A stretch of DNA of 63,858 nucleotides, filler included, from Octopus bimaculoides (GCF_001194135.2; 7 parts of 7 records of this genome joined end to end with filler, not necessarily neighbours in it), one strand, 5' to 3'; shown: positions 33,876 through 46,772, numbered from the whole stretch's first letter. Numbers and translations are program-made. The notes: generated by a model from the sequence alone, not told the origin.

Positions 33876-35099
33876 AATTTTACTGACTCGGGCGTGATTT
33901 TAACTCAGGAAATGAAAAAAAAAAAATTTTTAATTTAAAAAAATAAGGACATAAATAACATTTTATAGGAACCGTGGTCTGCTACTGNNNNNNNNNNNNN
34001 NNNNNNNNNNNNNNNNNNNNNNNNNNNNNNNNNNNNNNNNNNNNNNNNNNNNNNNNNNNNNNNNNNNNNNNNNNNNNNNNNNNNNNNNNNNNNNNNNNNN
34101 NNNNNNNNNNNNNNNNNNNNNNNNNNNNNNNNNNNNNNNNNNNNNNNNNNNNNNNNNNNNNNNNNNNNNNNNNNNNNNNNNNNNNNNNNNNNNNNNNNNN
34201 NNNNNNNNNNNNNNNNNNNNNNNNNNNNNNNNNNNNNNNNNNNNNNNNNNNNNNNNNNNNNNNNNNNNNNNNNNNNNNNNNNNNNNNNNNNNNNNNNNNN
34301 NNNNNNNNNNNNNNNNNNNNNNNNNNNNNNNNNNNNNNNNNNNNNNNNNNNNNNNNNNNNNNNNNNNNNNNNNNNNNNNNNNNNNNNNNNNNNNNNNNNN
34401 NNNNNNNNNNNNNNNNNNNNNNNNNNNNNNNNNNNNNNNNNNNNNNNNNNNNNNNNNNNNNNNNNNNNNNNNNNNNNNNNNNNNNNNNNNNNNNNNNNNN
34501 NNNNNNNNNNNNNNNNNNNNNNNNNNNNNNNNNNNNNNNNNNNNNNNNNNNNNNNNNNNNNNNNNNNNNNNNNNNNNNNNNNNNNNNNNNNNNNNNNNNN
34601 NNNNNNNNNNNNNNNNNNNNNNNNNNNNNNNNNNNNNNNNNNNNNNNNNNNNNNNNNNNNNNNNNNNNNNNNNNNNNNNNNNNNNNNNNNNNNNNNNNNN
34701 NNNNNNNNNNNNNNNNNNNNNNNNNNNNNNNNNNNNNNNNNNNNNNNNNNNNNNNNNNNNNNNNNNNNNNNNNNNNNNNNNNNNNNNNNNNNNNNNNNNN
34801 NNNNNNNNNNNNNNNNNNNNNNNNNNNNNNNNNNNNNNNNNNNNNNNNNNNNNNNNNNNNATATATATGTATATACACACACAAATGTGTGTGTTTGTAC
34901 CTATATACTCACATATACATATATATGCAATTGTATGAATGCACTATGTGTGCATCTATGTCTTAACATTACTTTTAGTACTTCTTACTAAGAGAGAAAG
35001 GAGAATAGCTCTTTCATTGGAATTTAGAGAACATCAACTAAATGGTCATACATGCATGCGATTTTGTTCGTGAATCTGTGTTTTGATTTATGTATACGT

Positions 35100-35315
35100 A
35101 TAAGGCAGCGAGCATGGCCGAATCGTTAACACACCGGGTAAAATGCTTAGAGGTATTTCATCTATCTTTACGTTCTGAGTTTAAATTCCGCAGAGATCAA
35201 TTTTGCCTTTCATCCTTTCAGGCTCGATGAAATAAGTACCAGTTACGCAATGGCGTCGATGTAATCGACTTATCCTCTTCCCACAAATTTCGGACCTTGT
35301 GCCTATTGTAGAAAG
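35100..35315 (+). mobile_element. SINE family B
   Basis: Head, B box, central domain. Confidence 0.8.
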
Positions 35316-36157
35316 GATTTATGTACACGCATACATGTTTGCCTGTCTATACAAATGTATATATCACAGGCTAAACTTCAGAAATGCTTAACTTATTTCC
35401 ACTGTTCCATGAATGGCATGTAATTTCAATTTCTTAATTAGCCGTGTCCTTTCTGCTTTTGTGAATTAAAGCTTTTCAAGATTGGTGGCGAGGAAATAAA
35501 TTACATAACCGAGTGCCCAAATGTTCACAGGTATGAATCTAAACTTATAAAGTGCAAGAATCCGTTGATTTCCTATTAGGACTGTTTAGTTATCTTTTTC
35601 TTTTATCTTTAGTATTATGTTAAAGTCTGCTGGAGAATTGATTCTTATAAGTGTGCACATTTTCTTTTTTCTTGTCTGGTGTTATATATATATATATATA
35701 TATATATNNNNNNNNNNNNNNNNNNNNNNNNNNNNNNNNNNNNNNNNNNNNNNNNNNNNNNNNNNNNNNNNNNNNNNNNNNNNNNNNNNNNNNNNNNNNN
35801 NNNNNNNNNNNNNNNNNNNNNNNNNNNNNNNNNNNNNNNNNNNNNNNNNNNNNNNNNNNNNNNNNNNNNNNNNNNNNNNNNNNNNNNNNNNNNNNNNNNN
35901 NNNNNNNNNNNNNNNNNNNNNNNNNNNNNNNNNNNNNNNNNNNNNNNNNNNNNNNNNNNNNNNNNNNNNNNNNNNNNNNNNNNNNNNNNNNNNNNNNNNN
36001 NNNNNNNNNNNNNNNNNNNNNNNNNNNNNNNNNNNNNNNNNNNNNNNNNNNNNNNNNNNNNNNNNNNNNNNNNNNNTTATTTAAAAGCAGCAGAAATAAA
36101 ACAAAAGCTGTTACTCAAAGTTTCACGTTCCCGTTCGTCGGACAATTTTGTTAAAAT

Positions 36158-36698
36158 AGAACAGAAATAACGATATGATCAAGACTAGTTAAAGTATACA
36201 CCTTTAAAAATAGATTTGTTTCATTGACCCTTTCAATTAACGGTCTTAAACATGCAATGAACAAAATAAACAAAATGAACGAATTTCAATATAAATTCAT
36301 CCTATTATAAAAATCGAGGAAAACCTTAAATCGAAGAGCAGATTCAAAATACATATTGCAAATAATTATATTCGAAATATAATTCGATTAATACATTAAA
36401 AATTAAAATTAAAATTTCCACGTTGCATTACATAAATATTTTAAATATACGCATACTAAACCTTCAATATACATATATACATCAAAATACACAGACGGAT
36501 GCACACAGACTATATACATATACAGACATATATATGTAAGACGTTTTTATAATAGGATGAATTTATATTGAATTCATTCATTTTGTTTATTTTGTTCATT
36601 GTATGCTTAATACCTTTAATTGAAAGGACCAATGAAACAAATCCATTTTTAAAGGTGCATCCTTTCACTAGTTTTGATCATGGCGTTATTTCTGTTCT
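36158..36698. mobile_element. AT-rich foldback element with about 165-bp inverted arms
   Basis: AGAACAGAAATAACG...ATTCATCCTATTATAAAAA is inverted at 36545-36698; no TSD seen. Confidence 0.8.
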
Positions 36699-37540
36699 CC
36701 AGTCGAGAGAGGTTTGCTCTATCGTAGAGGAAAATAGCCGTTTATGATTTCTACCAGCCTATTATGAGATTTTTTTTAGAAGTGACTGCATATTGCTCCA
36801 CTGATATTGCTAACTAACAAGACAAAACGAAGAATGAAATGTTTTTACATGAAATACGAAACTGCAAAAGTAGTGTTTAATTATCTATATTTTTATTACG
36901 TAGCTTGGAGTTGACACAAGCAACTTATTTACTCTACTTCATTAGATTTTTTTTTTCCTTTGTGTGGTTAACCATTGATTTTATTCAGCTAAAATCTCAA
37001 TTTCCGTTTTTTCGCTAGTTCAATGCCTTTGACCCATTGTTCGTTTTCATATTGTTTTAATTCTTCTCTGCCTAGTATCAAATGTGATACTAACTTTTGT
37101 CATAGTATATTTCTTTAATTTCGGTTTGATTCCTGCAAAAATAGTTTCGTTGTTTTGTCTTTATTTGAGCTCTTGTTTCATATTCATATTATATTAATTA
37201 TATTTCATATTTTTTTTTCTTATTTTTCTATAGTATACATTTGTCTGCTTCTATATATTTTCCTACACCCAACTGTTCACTAATTTCAAGCATTTTAATC
37301 TGTGTACGTGTGTGGCGGACATCATATCTCACGTAGATATGATGGTATCTATGTGAGCTATTAAGATGTTGACTTCGGAATGTAGTATATAGTTGTGAGG
37401 TTTTCCTATTTAGGTTCGAATTTATTATGTTTAAGCTACGAATTATGACAAGAATCGGCAATATTTAAATCTATTATATTATTTCTGGTATTGAGTTTAA
37501 TCATTTATATTATTCTGGCTCTACTGTAATAATAGTTTTG

Positions 37541-38176
37541 GGATCTATTTCAAAACGGGGGCACCAGTTTTCATTTATGTTTTATGTAGTGTTTTTGGTA
37601 CCGAAAGACTTTCAAACTTCGTATACTTATCTATTTTTGTATTCGAATTTATTTCATGTAAAAAATTGTCTTATTTCGATAATTTCTACGAATCACTGAC
37701 GTCTATTCAGTTGAAAACAGTTAGCGCTGTAACGGTGTATATCGTATTAATCCCCTAACCCTAACCCTAACCCTAACTAGACTGTTAACTCTAACCCTAA
37801 CCCTAAAACTAACCCTAACTCTAGAATCCGAACTCTAAAATTGTTACACACATAGATACGCACAGCGTAATTTATTATATAAACAATATATGCGTATACA
37901 TTACGATTAAACCGGATGAAATATGTCACAGGGAATAACATTTTTATGACCGCCCAGCAGTAACTCTATTCAGCTGAATAGACGTCAGTGATTAATTGAA
38001 ATTACAGAAATACGACAACTTTAACATGGAATAACTTGCGATGTACGTTTTTTTGTTAAGCAGACTAAGAGTAAAAGATGTTTTATATGACACATTCTAT
38101 CAGTGTCCCAACTTTCAAAGTGTTTCGTTAGTGTTTCGTAAAGAAAATACTGGTGCCCCCGTTTTGAAATAGATCC
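37541..38176. mobile_element. Non-autonomous DNA transposon with internal (CCCTAA)n
   Basis: 28-bp TIR GGATCTATTTCAAAACGGGGGCACCAGT, perfect 8-bp TSD TAGTTTTG (37533-40, 38177-84), subterminal inverted CACTGACGTCTATTCAG, telomere-type repeats at 37753-37822. Confidence 0.85.
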
Positions 38177-39525
38177 TAGTTTTGTAACAACTTTCAGTAG
38201 AACAGATGACGTGATGTAAAGTGTATGGGCGAAACTCTGAAAGATGAGAAGTTCTGATCAATTTACGTTGTCGGAAAGCTTTAGATAAGCTTAAATTTCG
38301 AACTTGGTAACTCAGCTTCGTTTCAGAGGTTTGGCCTTATTTATGCATTGATATTTGATCGGTAGTCGAGATTAATGTCTATCTAGCAGAAACGTTTGAC
38401 ATCCCGAACTCTGTCTGTCAGCATAAGTCTGCTTCTACAAGCTTCAGTCTGCTTCTACTAGCCTTCATCCATCGAGATCTTACTTCGTAGTTCCAAGTAC
38501 TGAAGGGAATAGTAGTCGAACTGAATCATAGAGAGATAGGATCTGCGCAGGTGGTTTACTTCACATTTTGCAAACCAAGATGGCTCCCTCATTACTGTAG
38601 GAATATGGATAAACAGTTCTGTACATCAAGCTCCTCACGTAACAAGAAACTCCTAAATTGGTACAGGCGCAAGACTCCACGATCTGTTCTTGTTTTCATT
38701 ACACATTTTACGTCTATACCATATACCATTGTCAAAATTTTACAAACATTAGTTTTCCCATGCTTGATCAGAAAAGAAACCTGTCTACAAACATCAAGTA
38801 AGACTTACATTACGAATGCGTGCCGATGCGTTTTCTATGTCTACCAGTGTAAGCTTATGTGTGGAGTTGCCCCCCCCCCTTATTTAAAAATCGTGACTTA
38901 CGATTACTTAGAGAGAGTTTCCGATAAAAATAAATACCGAGGGTGATGCTGTCGGCTAAAACCTCTTGACGGCAGTGCTCCAGAATGGCACAAGCACTGA
39001 TATTGGTAAAATAAAGAATAAAAGAGTAAAACAATATAGCGCTAAAAAATTGTCTAGAATAAGTACGAAGCGAGAAATGAAGAATAGAAAGTATCAATAG
39101 CAATCAGTGTAGTGCGGATGATTAAATGAAATATATGAAGATCAAAGATTTAATAAGTACAACATACTGCTCAGATTATAATATGAATAGTACTGCGGTA
39201 CACAGGGACACATTCAACGTAGGAACCCTCTCAACACGGTTGATATTAGATTAAAAGAGAATTACGATGTAATTATATAAGCGACAAACAGAAAAAAATG
39301 AGGTTGGTGTGTATTTGCAAGGAGGTCGCCGGGGAGAGAAAAGGGTATTTGTATGTTGAAACTAAAACTACTTTAATCTTTAGATTGGCAACATCATTAT
39401 GTTACTTGTTAATAATATTGAAAAACAACAAAAGGCAAACATTAAAAATAAACATTAAACAAGTGCACTAGAAGTTCAGAGAAATATATATTTTTATTTA
39501 TAGGAGGATAGAGAGGAATAAGTAT

Positions 39526-39594
<69 letters not shown>

Positions 39595-40613
39595 NNNNNN
39601 NNNNNNNNNNNNNNNNNNNNNNNNNNNNNNNNNNNNNNNNNNNNNNNNNNNNNNNNNNNNNNNNNNNNNNNNNNNNNNNNNNNNNNNNNNNNNNNNNNNN
39701 NNNNNNNNNNNNNNNNNNNNNNNNNNNNNNNNNNNNNNNNNNNNNNNNNNNNNNNNNNNNNNNNNNNNNNNNNNNNNNNNNNNNNNNNNNNNNNNNNNNN
39801 NNNNNNNNNNNNNNNNNNNNNNATATATATATATATATATATATATACATGCTGATAACTTCAATTATTTTAGCAACTTAGGTGCGCCGATATCATTATT
39901 TTAATTTTTATAGCTTCAAAAATGCTTCTGCAGCCTAGTAAAATGAATATCTCGTTTCTTGTGGCCGTTTCAGTAGAGCTTCCATCAGTAAACTGGTCGA
40001 CAGGTTCGTTTAACCAGAGAAGCCACTGCATTATGTCTATAAGAAAGATATTTAGCTCACAGCTAATGAATTCGTCTAACCCTAAGAAACTACCATGAGC
40101 TGGCGTAATTCAATGTATCAGCAGTGGTCGTCGGTTTGCAGTGAAATGCTTACTTTCTATAGGGAGAAAACAAACGCATAATACAACAGCGTCATATCCA
40201 GTAGAATATTATTTCACATCAGCTTAATGTTACGGAAGCTGGAGACATGTATCGGCTGAAAGGAACCTTCTAAGCCAGAAATCTAGTGGTTAGCTGTCTA
40301 ATCCACTTTCATAAACCTCTCGAGTTAATGTGAATGTCTGCAAGTGGTTCCTCTGCCTGCAAAAACAGCAGTCGGATATCCCTAAAATTACACTGTACTA
40401 CCTTGACAATTGAACAGTATAGTCTTAGGTACGTAATGCTCGATCTTCTTCCTTAGCGCCAGTAAGCTAAAGTGCTTTTCACATCGGAAGTCCTCAATTA
40501 AAATTCACATTCTTCCTTCAAGCATTTTTCACGATTTGTGTTCTAGCGTCACTGGAAGGCTTTGTTTGACATTACTGGAGATGCTTTTTGCATTGTGCAG
40601 CCTCTACACCTAC

Positions 40614-40641
40614 CACGGTCTTCCCTCTTCATCGAAGCCAT
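40614..40641 (-). CDS. Candidate 28-nt coding microexon (DGFDEEGRP), host gene unknown
   Basis: Acceptor TTCTATTGTATTTATTTCCATCTCAAG|, exon ATGGCTTCGATGAAGAGGGAAGACCGTG, donor |GTAGGT; lies in non-repetitive sequence. Confidence 0.35.
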
Positions 40642-41299
40642 CTTGAGATGGAAATAAATACAATAGAAGTGATGGTCAGCCTTAGAATTACTTCTTTGGT
40701 CAATAATGATGATTAACTGAAAAAAAATGTAGATGGTGCTAAATGCACACAAACGCCCAAGAGCAATATGAAGAGAAAAGCAAAATGCTATTTCGCTGTT
40801 TTCATTCATGCGTGCCTCTTATATTATTTCACAGATTAACTGAAACTCATAAAATAGATATCCTTGTGATTTAATAAATAATGAAAACTTTAATCTACTG
40901 TTATAAATCTGGACGGTGAAATGGAATAAGTTATAAAAGTGCCATTTCAAAAGCTTAATATAAATTACTTTCGCTCTGATAAGGTCTACTTTCTGTCATA
41001 AGTTAGTGAGGTGGTTGCTACAATAATGTTGGTCATTGCAAGTCTCCACCAACATGAACATCTGGGTAGACCCCCGTTAATGTGGGAGAAAATAGGCTAT
41101 GTTTTACAAGTTAATGAGAGTCTAGTCAGATGTTTACTAAACTTAGTGAAGTTACTGGCTTTGTCACTGATTAGAGACCAATGGCGAAAATAGATTGACT
41201 ACGATGGTATGCATAACATATATATGTTATAAATTATCTCTTATGGAACAAGAACAAAGAAGATGATGGAGAGGAGGATCAGGTAATAATAATAATGGT

Positions 41300-41518
41300 T
41301 TCAAATTTTGGCACAAGACCAGCAGTTTTTTGAGTGAGGTGGGGAGGAACCAAGTCAATTAAATCGACCCCAGAGCTCAACTGGTATTTATTTTATCGTG
41401 CTCGAAAGGATGAAAAGTAAAGTCGACCTCGACAGAATTTGAACTCAGAACGTAAAGACGGATGAAAAGCCGCTAAGCTCTTAACCCGGCCTGCTAACGA
41501 GTCAGCCAGCTCGCCGCG

Positions 41519-41520
<2 letters not shown>
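41300..41520 (-). mobile_element. SINE family B
   Basis: Reverse complement of the central domain and head. Confidence 0.8.
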
Positions 41521-41580
<60 letters not shown>

Positions 41581-41624
41581 TGCGCTCGGTAGTGAAGTGA
41601 AAGCACGCTATAAAAATAAAACTA

Positions 41625-41694
<70 letters not shown>

Positions 41695-41697
<3 letters not shown>

Positions 41698-41870
41698 GAT
41701 CGGTGCAAGTGTGAAGGTAGAACACCTACAAAAATCAGCATTGCTTGAAACTGCAAGAGTTCTACGCAGGGTTCTTGAAGCATGACCAGTAAACAAGTGT
41801 CACTTTAGTCTGCTGGCTGTGGACAGCTGACACTTTCCATCATACCTAGCAATATAATGTGTGAGTTTTA
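41695..41870 (+). mobile_element. R4/Dong-like LINE extreme 3' end inside (AAT)n
   Basis: IGASVKVEHLQKSALLETARVLRRVLEA* followed by a short UTR; flanked by AAT/GAT microsatellites. Confidence 0.75.
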
Positions 41871-41900
41871 ATACAATGATAATAATGTTGATGTTGATGG

Positions 41901-41937
<37 letters not shown>

Positions 41938-41977
41938 AATAATAATAGTAAGAAGAAGAAGAAGAAGAAAAAGAAGG

Positions 41978-42343
41978 GGCCCCGCCACGTCAAAACGGTA
42001 GAGGAGTAGGGGCCGAAATCGGACGTGGTTCCTCCTGATGATGTCTTGAGCTAACTGGATCCTAATCCACCAAGGGAAGGTATGTCGGAAGAAAGTAATT
42101 CAACAACGCGGGTTGATGAACCGTAAGACGTGTGGCCAGAACCTCCTGGAAAATAACCATAGCGAGGGACATTCCACAGTTGAATTAGAACAGTCACAAA
42201 CAGTGAAAGAAGACATGCACCCAGCACCAGAGCTGAAGACACCTCCGAAAGGGGGTGGCCCCGCCACGTCAAAACGGTAGAGGAGTAGGGGCCGAAACCG
42301 GACGTGGTTCCTCCTGATGATGTCTTGAGCTAACTGGATCCTA
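41978..42343. repeat. 87-bp direct repeat pair (41978-42064, 42257-42343), period 279 bp
   Basis: One mismatch between the copies; GC-richer than the surroundings. Confidence 0.9.
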
Positions 42344-43077
42344 TAAAGGAGCTGTTGTGGTAGCAGACCACGAAACATGGTTGAAATTCCTCCTGTGTCG
42401 GTTAATGTCCGCTGAGAAAAAGTAGACGGGAGCTTTAGCCGTGTACTCGCAACACAGTGATCTCGAGTAAAGCTACCCAATGAATCTATCGCAAAGTTAA
42501 GCATAGCGGTGTGTTTAAGACATTGCCTCAGCTTGACATATTCATTTTCTATGACCGACAAAAGGTATACCAGTAATATACTAGGTCAGTTCAATGAAAT
42601 ATATTCATCTTGTAGAAGAGGTGACGTAATTAATACTGGTGGGAGTTGAACTCGAAAAGATGAAAGGAAAATTGATCCTACAGGGAGTTCAGCTCAGAAA
42701 AATGAAAGGAAAAATGATCCTGGCAATATTTGAATTTCAAGTGATGAAAATAATCTGATCCTGGTGGGATTTGAACATCATAACGGAAGAGAATGTAAGT
42801 AAATATAAGCGCCTTCCTATTTCTATTACTCCACAATCACAAGCATGACAGAAAATAGCTTTAAAATGACCCACCACGATGTGCTTTAACATCGCCCGCG
42901 AGCGTAAAATCATAAACACACCCATAAACAAACATATGCACACACCCATATGCATACAAGAACATCGAATATGCCTCATACACAGTACATAAAGGCAGAA
43001 TTTAAACATTTTATAGAGTCCTCAAACCTGACTGATTTATGTTCAATGCAGTTTATACTTGTATAACAAATGTTTGT

Positions 43078-43310
43078 GGAGGCGCAATGGCCCAGTAGTT
43101 AAGGCAGCGCACTCGCGGTCGGAGGATCGCGGTTTCGATTCCCAGACCGGGCGTTGTGTATGTTTATTGAGCAAAAACACCTAAAAGCACCACGAGGCTC
43201 CGGCAGGGGGCGGTGGCGACCCCTGTTGTACTCTTTCGCCCCAACTTTCTCTCACTCTTTCTTCGTGTTTCCTGAGTAACGCTGCGATGGACTGGCGTCC
43301 CGTCCAGCTG
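43078..43310 (+). mobile_element. tRNA-derived SINE, distinct family, cut by a gap
   Basis: A box TGGCCCAGTAGTTAAGG, B box GGTTTCGATTCC, non-tRNA body. Confidence 0.8.
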
Positions 43311-43836
43311 NNNNNNNNNNNNNNNNNNNNNNNNNNNNNNNNNNNNNNNNNNNNNNNNNNNNNNNNNNNNNNNNNNNNNNNNNNNNNNNNNNNNNNNNNN
43401 NNNNNNNNNNNNNNNNNNNNNNNNNNNNNNNNNNNNNNNNNNNNNNNNNNNNNNNNNNNNNNNNNNNNNNNNNNNNNNNNNNNNNNNNNNNNNNNNNNNN
43501 NNNNNNNNNNNNNNNNNNNNNNNNNNNNNNNNNNNNNNNNNNNNNNNNNNNNNNNNNNNNNNNNNNNNNNNNNNNNNNNNNNNNNNNNNNNNNNNNNNNN
43601 NNNNNNNNNNNNNNNNNNNNNNNNNNNNNNNNNNNNNNNNNNNNNNNNNNNNNNNNNNNNNNNNNNNNNNNNNNNNNNNNNNNNNNNNNNNNNNNNNACA
43701 CATCAAAGAAATAAAAGCCAATACATAAAACTATATTTTATATTTGTCAAGGGCCTTGAGTTTCGTGTCAATATACTTTTGAATGAACAGGTAGCACAGA
43801 AATTTAGACTCTTGAGCCATTGTAAATTCTCAACTG

Positions 43837-43921
<85 letters not shown>

Positions 43922-43923
<2 letters not shown>

Positions 43924-44140
43924 GTAAATGCCCTGATGCAGTACCGGGCAGTGGCTCTCATAGCTTTTGATCATATCTGATTGGAAGTGTTATCATGTAC
44001 ATTGTTTTGTTTTGGTATACAAGATAAGCTACCGCAAATACTCTGATCAGCACCACAGATTTGTTTGACCTTAACCAGTTGCGCATGTCCCTTTGTGGCT
44101 GACGATATGTGCATCTCTGATCACGAGAAGAAGTAGTGTA
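43922..44140. mobile_element. Repeat family F, other end, abutting (AAT)n
   Basis: Inverted match to 29700-29790. Confidence 0.65.
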
Positions 44141-44414
44141 CGTCGTTGTGTTTGTGTTTATCCCGCACCACTGCCTGACAACAGTGTTGTTGGCATTTTA
44201 TGTCCCTATAATTTAAAGGTTTGGCAAATTTTTTTTCAGCTTATCGAACTTCGATATGGGAAAAGCCTAAAACCTTCAAAGCCAATAAATTATAGCTGTT
44301 CTTGAATGTTGTCTTTTATATCTATCACGGACCGCTCAAAGCTTACAAACTTCCTATACTTAGATCATATAATTTGGTACACCCCCCCCACACACACAGA
44401 TAGATAGATATATT

Positions 44415-44464
<50 letters not shown>

Positions 44465-44836
44465 AAAAAAGATAGATATGCATGTAGGAAGCGACAAAAG
44501 ATTTCTACGTACACGCTGGGTGTGGCGATTCACAACTGCATGACAGTGATATGGAAATACTACGCAGCGTGTGGGCGTTAAAGAATATCTTTACGGAAGT
44601 TGTGTGAAGACAAGCGTATAAATATATTTTACGAAAATAACTAGAACAGCTATTGTCATAGGATATAAGGGAGTGACAGTAAAGAAACAAAACATGAGTG
44701 ATGTACGTGCGCACCTATGTGTGTGTGTGTGTATGTTGTATGCTTGTAAAAATGCACATACACACAAACATATATACATATGTACACACACATACACACA
44801 CACATATATACACACACGCACACACATATATGTATG

Positions 44837-44871
<35 letters not shown>

Positions 44872-44874
<3 letters not shown>

Positions 44875-45300
44875 CGCAGGCCTGACTGTGTGGTAAGAAG
44901 CTCGCTTCTCAATCACATGGTCCGGGGTTTAGTCCCACAGCGTGGCACCTTGCGCAAATGTCTTCCACTACAGCCTCGAGCCGACCAAAGCCTTGTGAGT
45001 GGATTTCGTAGAGAAAAACTGATAGAAGACCGTCGGNNNNNNNNNNNNNNNNNNNNNNNNNNNNNNNNNNNNNNNGCGGGTGTTTGTGCTGTGTTTCTCC
45101 CCACCACCATCGCTTGACACCCGATGTTAGTGTAGTAACGTCCCCGTAACATAGCTGTTCGGCATAAGAGACCGATAGATTAAGCACCAGGCTTACAAAG
45201 AATAAGTCCAGGGGTCGATTTCTTCGACTAAAAGGCAGTGGTGCTCCAGCATGGCCACAGTCAAATGATTGAAACAAGTGAAAGAATAAAAGAAAGGATG
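44872..45300 (+). mobile_element. SINE family A, full length
   Basis: Head, core, body and tail. Confidence 0.85.
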
Positions 45301-45339
45301 AAAGAGTATATGTGTGTATATGTAGATAGATAGAAAGAC

Positions 45340-45412
<73 letters not shown>

Positions 45413-45504
45413 CACATGCATATACACATATACTGAATTTGCAATGGAGAAAGAAATACACTCAATACATGTAGGAGAATACATATAAAATTTATCAATT
45501 TTGT

Positions 45505-45845
45505 GCAGGCGTGACTGTCTGGTAAGAAGTTAACTTCCCTACCACATGGTTTCGATTTCAATCCCATGGGTGGCATTTTGGGTAAGTACTTCCTGCTATA
45601 GCACCTTGTGAGTGGATTTGGTAGACGGAAACTGAAAAAAGCTCGTCGTATAGATAAATGTATATGCCTTCGTGTGCGTTTGCTTATCAACTGTTGTTGG
45701 TGTGTTAACGTTCCTGTAACATAACAGATCGGTAAATGACCGAGAGAATAAGTACCAAGATTTAAAAAATAAGTACTGGACTCGATTTCTCCGACTAAAA
45801 CCCTTTAAGGTGTTGCTTCAGTTTAGCCGCAGTCTAGTGACTAAA
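45505..45845 (+). mobile_element. SINE family A, diverged
   Basis: Head, body and tail. Confidence 0.8.
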
Positions 45846-46000
45846 AAAAAAAAAAGCAAAACATAATCTGAGTTTCCCGTTCTTTTAATTTTTTAAAAAA
45901 CTTTCCCTACCACGCACACACACTCACACCATACATACATACATGCATACACACACGTGCACGCACGCATATATATATATATGTATGGATATATAAAGGA

Positions 46001-46082
46001 GACCACTAGGTGGACTGTTAGTGTGCTAGAAGAAGATCACATGTGATCTTCTTCTTGCACATTAACAGTCCACCTAGTGGTC
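46001..46082. repeat. 82-bp near-perfect palindrome adjacent to a gap
   Basis: GACCACTAGGTGGACTG...GATCACATGTGATC...CAGTCCACCTAGTGGTC, two mismatches. Confidence 0.9.
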
Positions 46083-46261
46083 NNNNNNNNNNNNNNNNNN
46101 NNNNNNNNNNNNNNNNNNNNNNNNNNTTAATTAATTAANNNNNNNNNNNNNNNNNNNNNNNNNNNNNNNNNNNNNNNNNNNNTAGCATGAATTTAGGAAG
46201 CCTTTGTACAAGGAAAGATGGCTAAGCTTGGAATTATTCTTTTCCCTTGGAAAACCTGACC

Positions 46262-46772
46262 TCATTCTCTTCTATTTATACACATCCCACATTGCAACCC
46301 GATAACAATTGTAACCAATCTCCCATGCAACATGGAGGTGATCAAGTAATCACGTGATAATGGTGACACCCAATGTTTAATATATCGTAATTCACCAGCT
46401 GACAAGGAATGGTTCCCAATAAGAAAAGGCCAGAGAAATACCACAATAGTGACCAGACCAATCAATCTCATGAAAACCAACTCTTGTAAACAGCAATTAA
46501 GTTCAAAGGGGGCAGACGCCAAAAGTTTGTAACTTGTACTACTGCAAACCTCACCTTTTGATCTATGACATTGATATGCTAACAACATGTCTAATAATAG
46601 GTTAATCTTTTGCCTACACAACATAACAGTTAAAACCAACTTTTCATTGTCAAAAAATGTTTTATCTACCTTTGAATGCCTGATTTCAGAGCAAATTTTG
46701 ATCTAGGACCTTCTTGAGTTTGCAGCAGCAACTGGTATTTACTCTTTTCATTTGAATGATTCCAGATAACTT
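46262..46772 (-). CDS. Candidate coding exons of an unidentified minus-strand gene (46670-46772; 46555-46613, possibly open to the stop at 46262)
   Basis: AG/GT-bounded, phase-compatible exons encoding VIWNHSNEKSKYQLLLQTQEGPRSKFALKSGIQ|R|QKINLLLDMLLAYQCHRSK; a 125-aa ORF in the same frame; the intervening intron is only 56 nt; no recognised domain. Confidence 0.3.

Noticed and set aside
37753-37822. True telomere or chromosome fusion scar
   Set aside because: Short, degenerate and enclosed by transposon TIRs and a TSD.
38600-38800. Possible old LINE RT fragment on the minus strand
   Set aside because: Only two- to four-residue resemblances (NLGV, GKT); insufficient.
42232-42260. Hammerhead core CTGAAGA...GAAA
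   Set aside because: No stem II between the motifs; the GAAA is the loop of a different hairpin. The CTGATGA in the 87-bp repeats also lacks a compatible GAAA, stem and UH arrangement.
43078-43150. tRNA gene (and similar A/B-box heads throughout)
   Set aside because: No complete cloverleaf or acceptor stem; each head continues into a SINE body.
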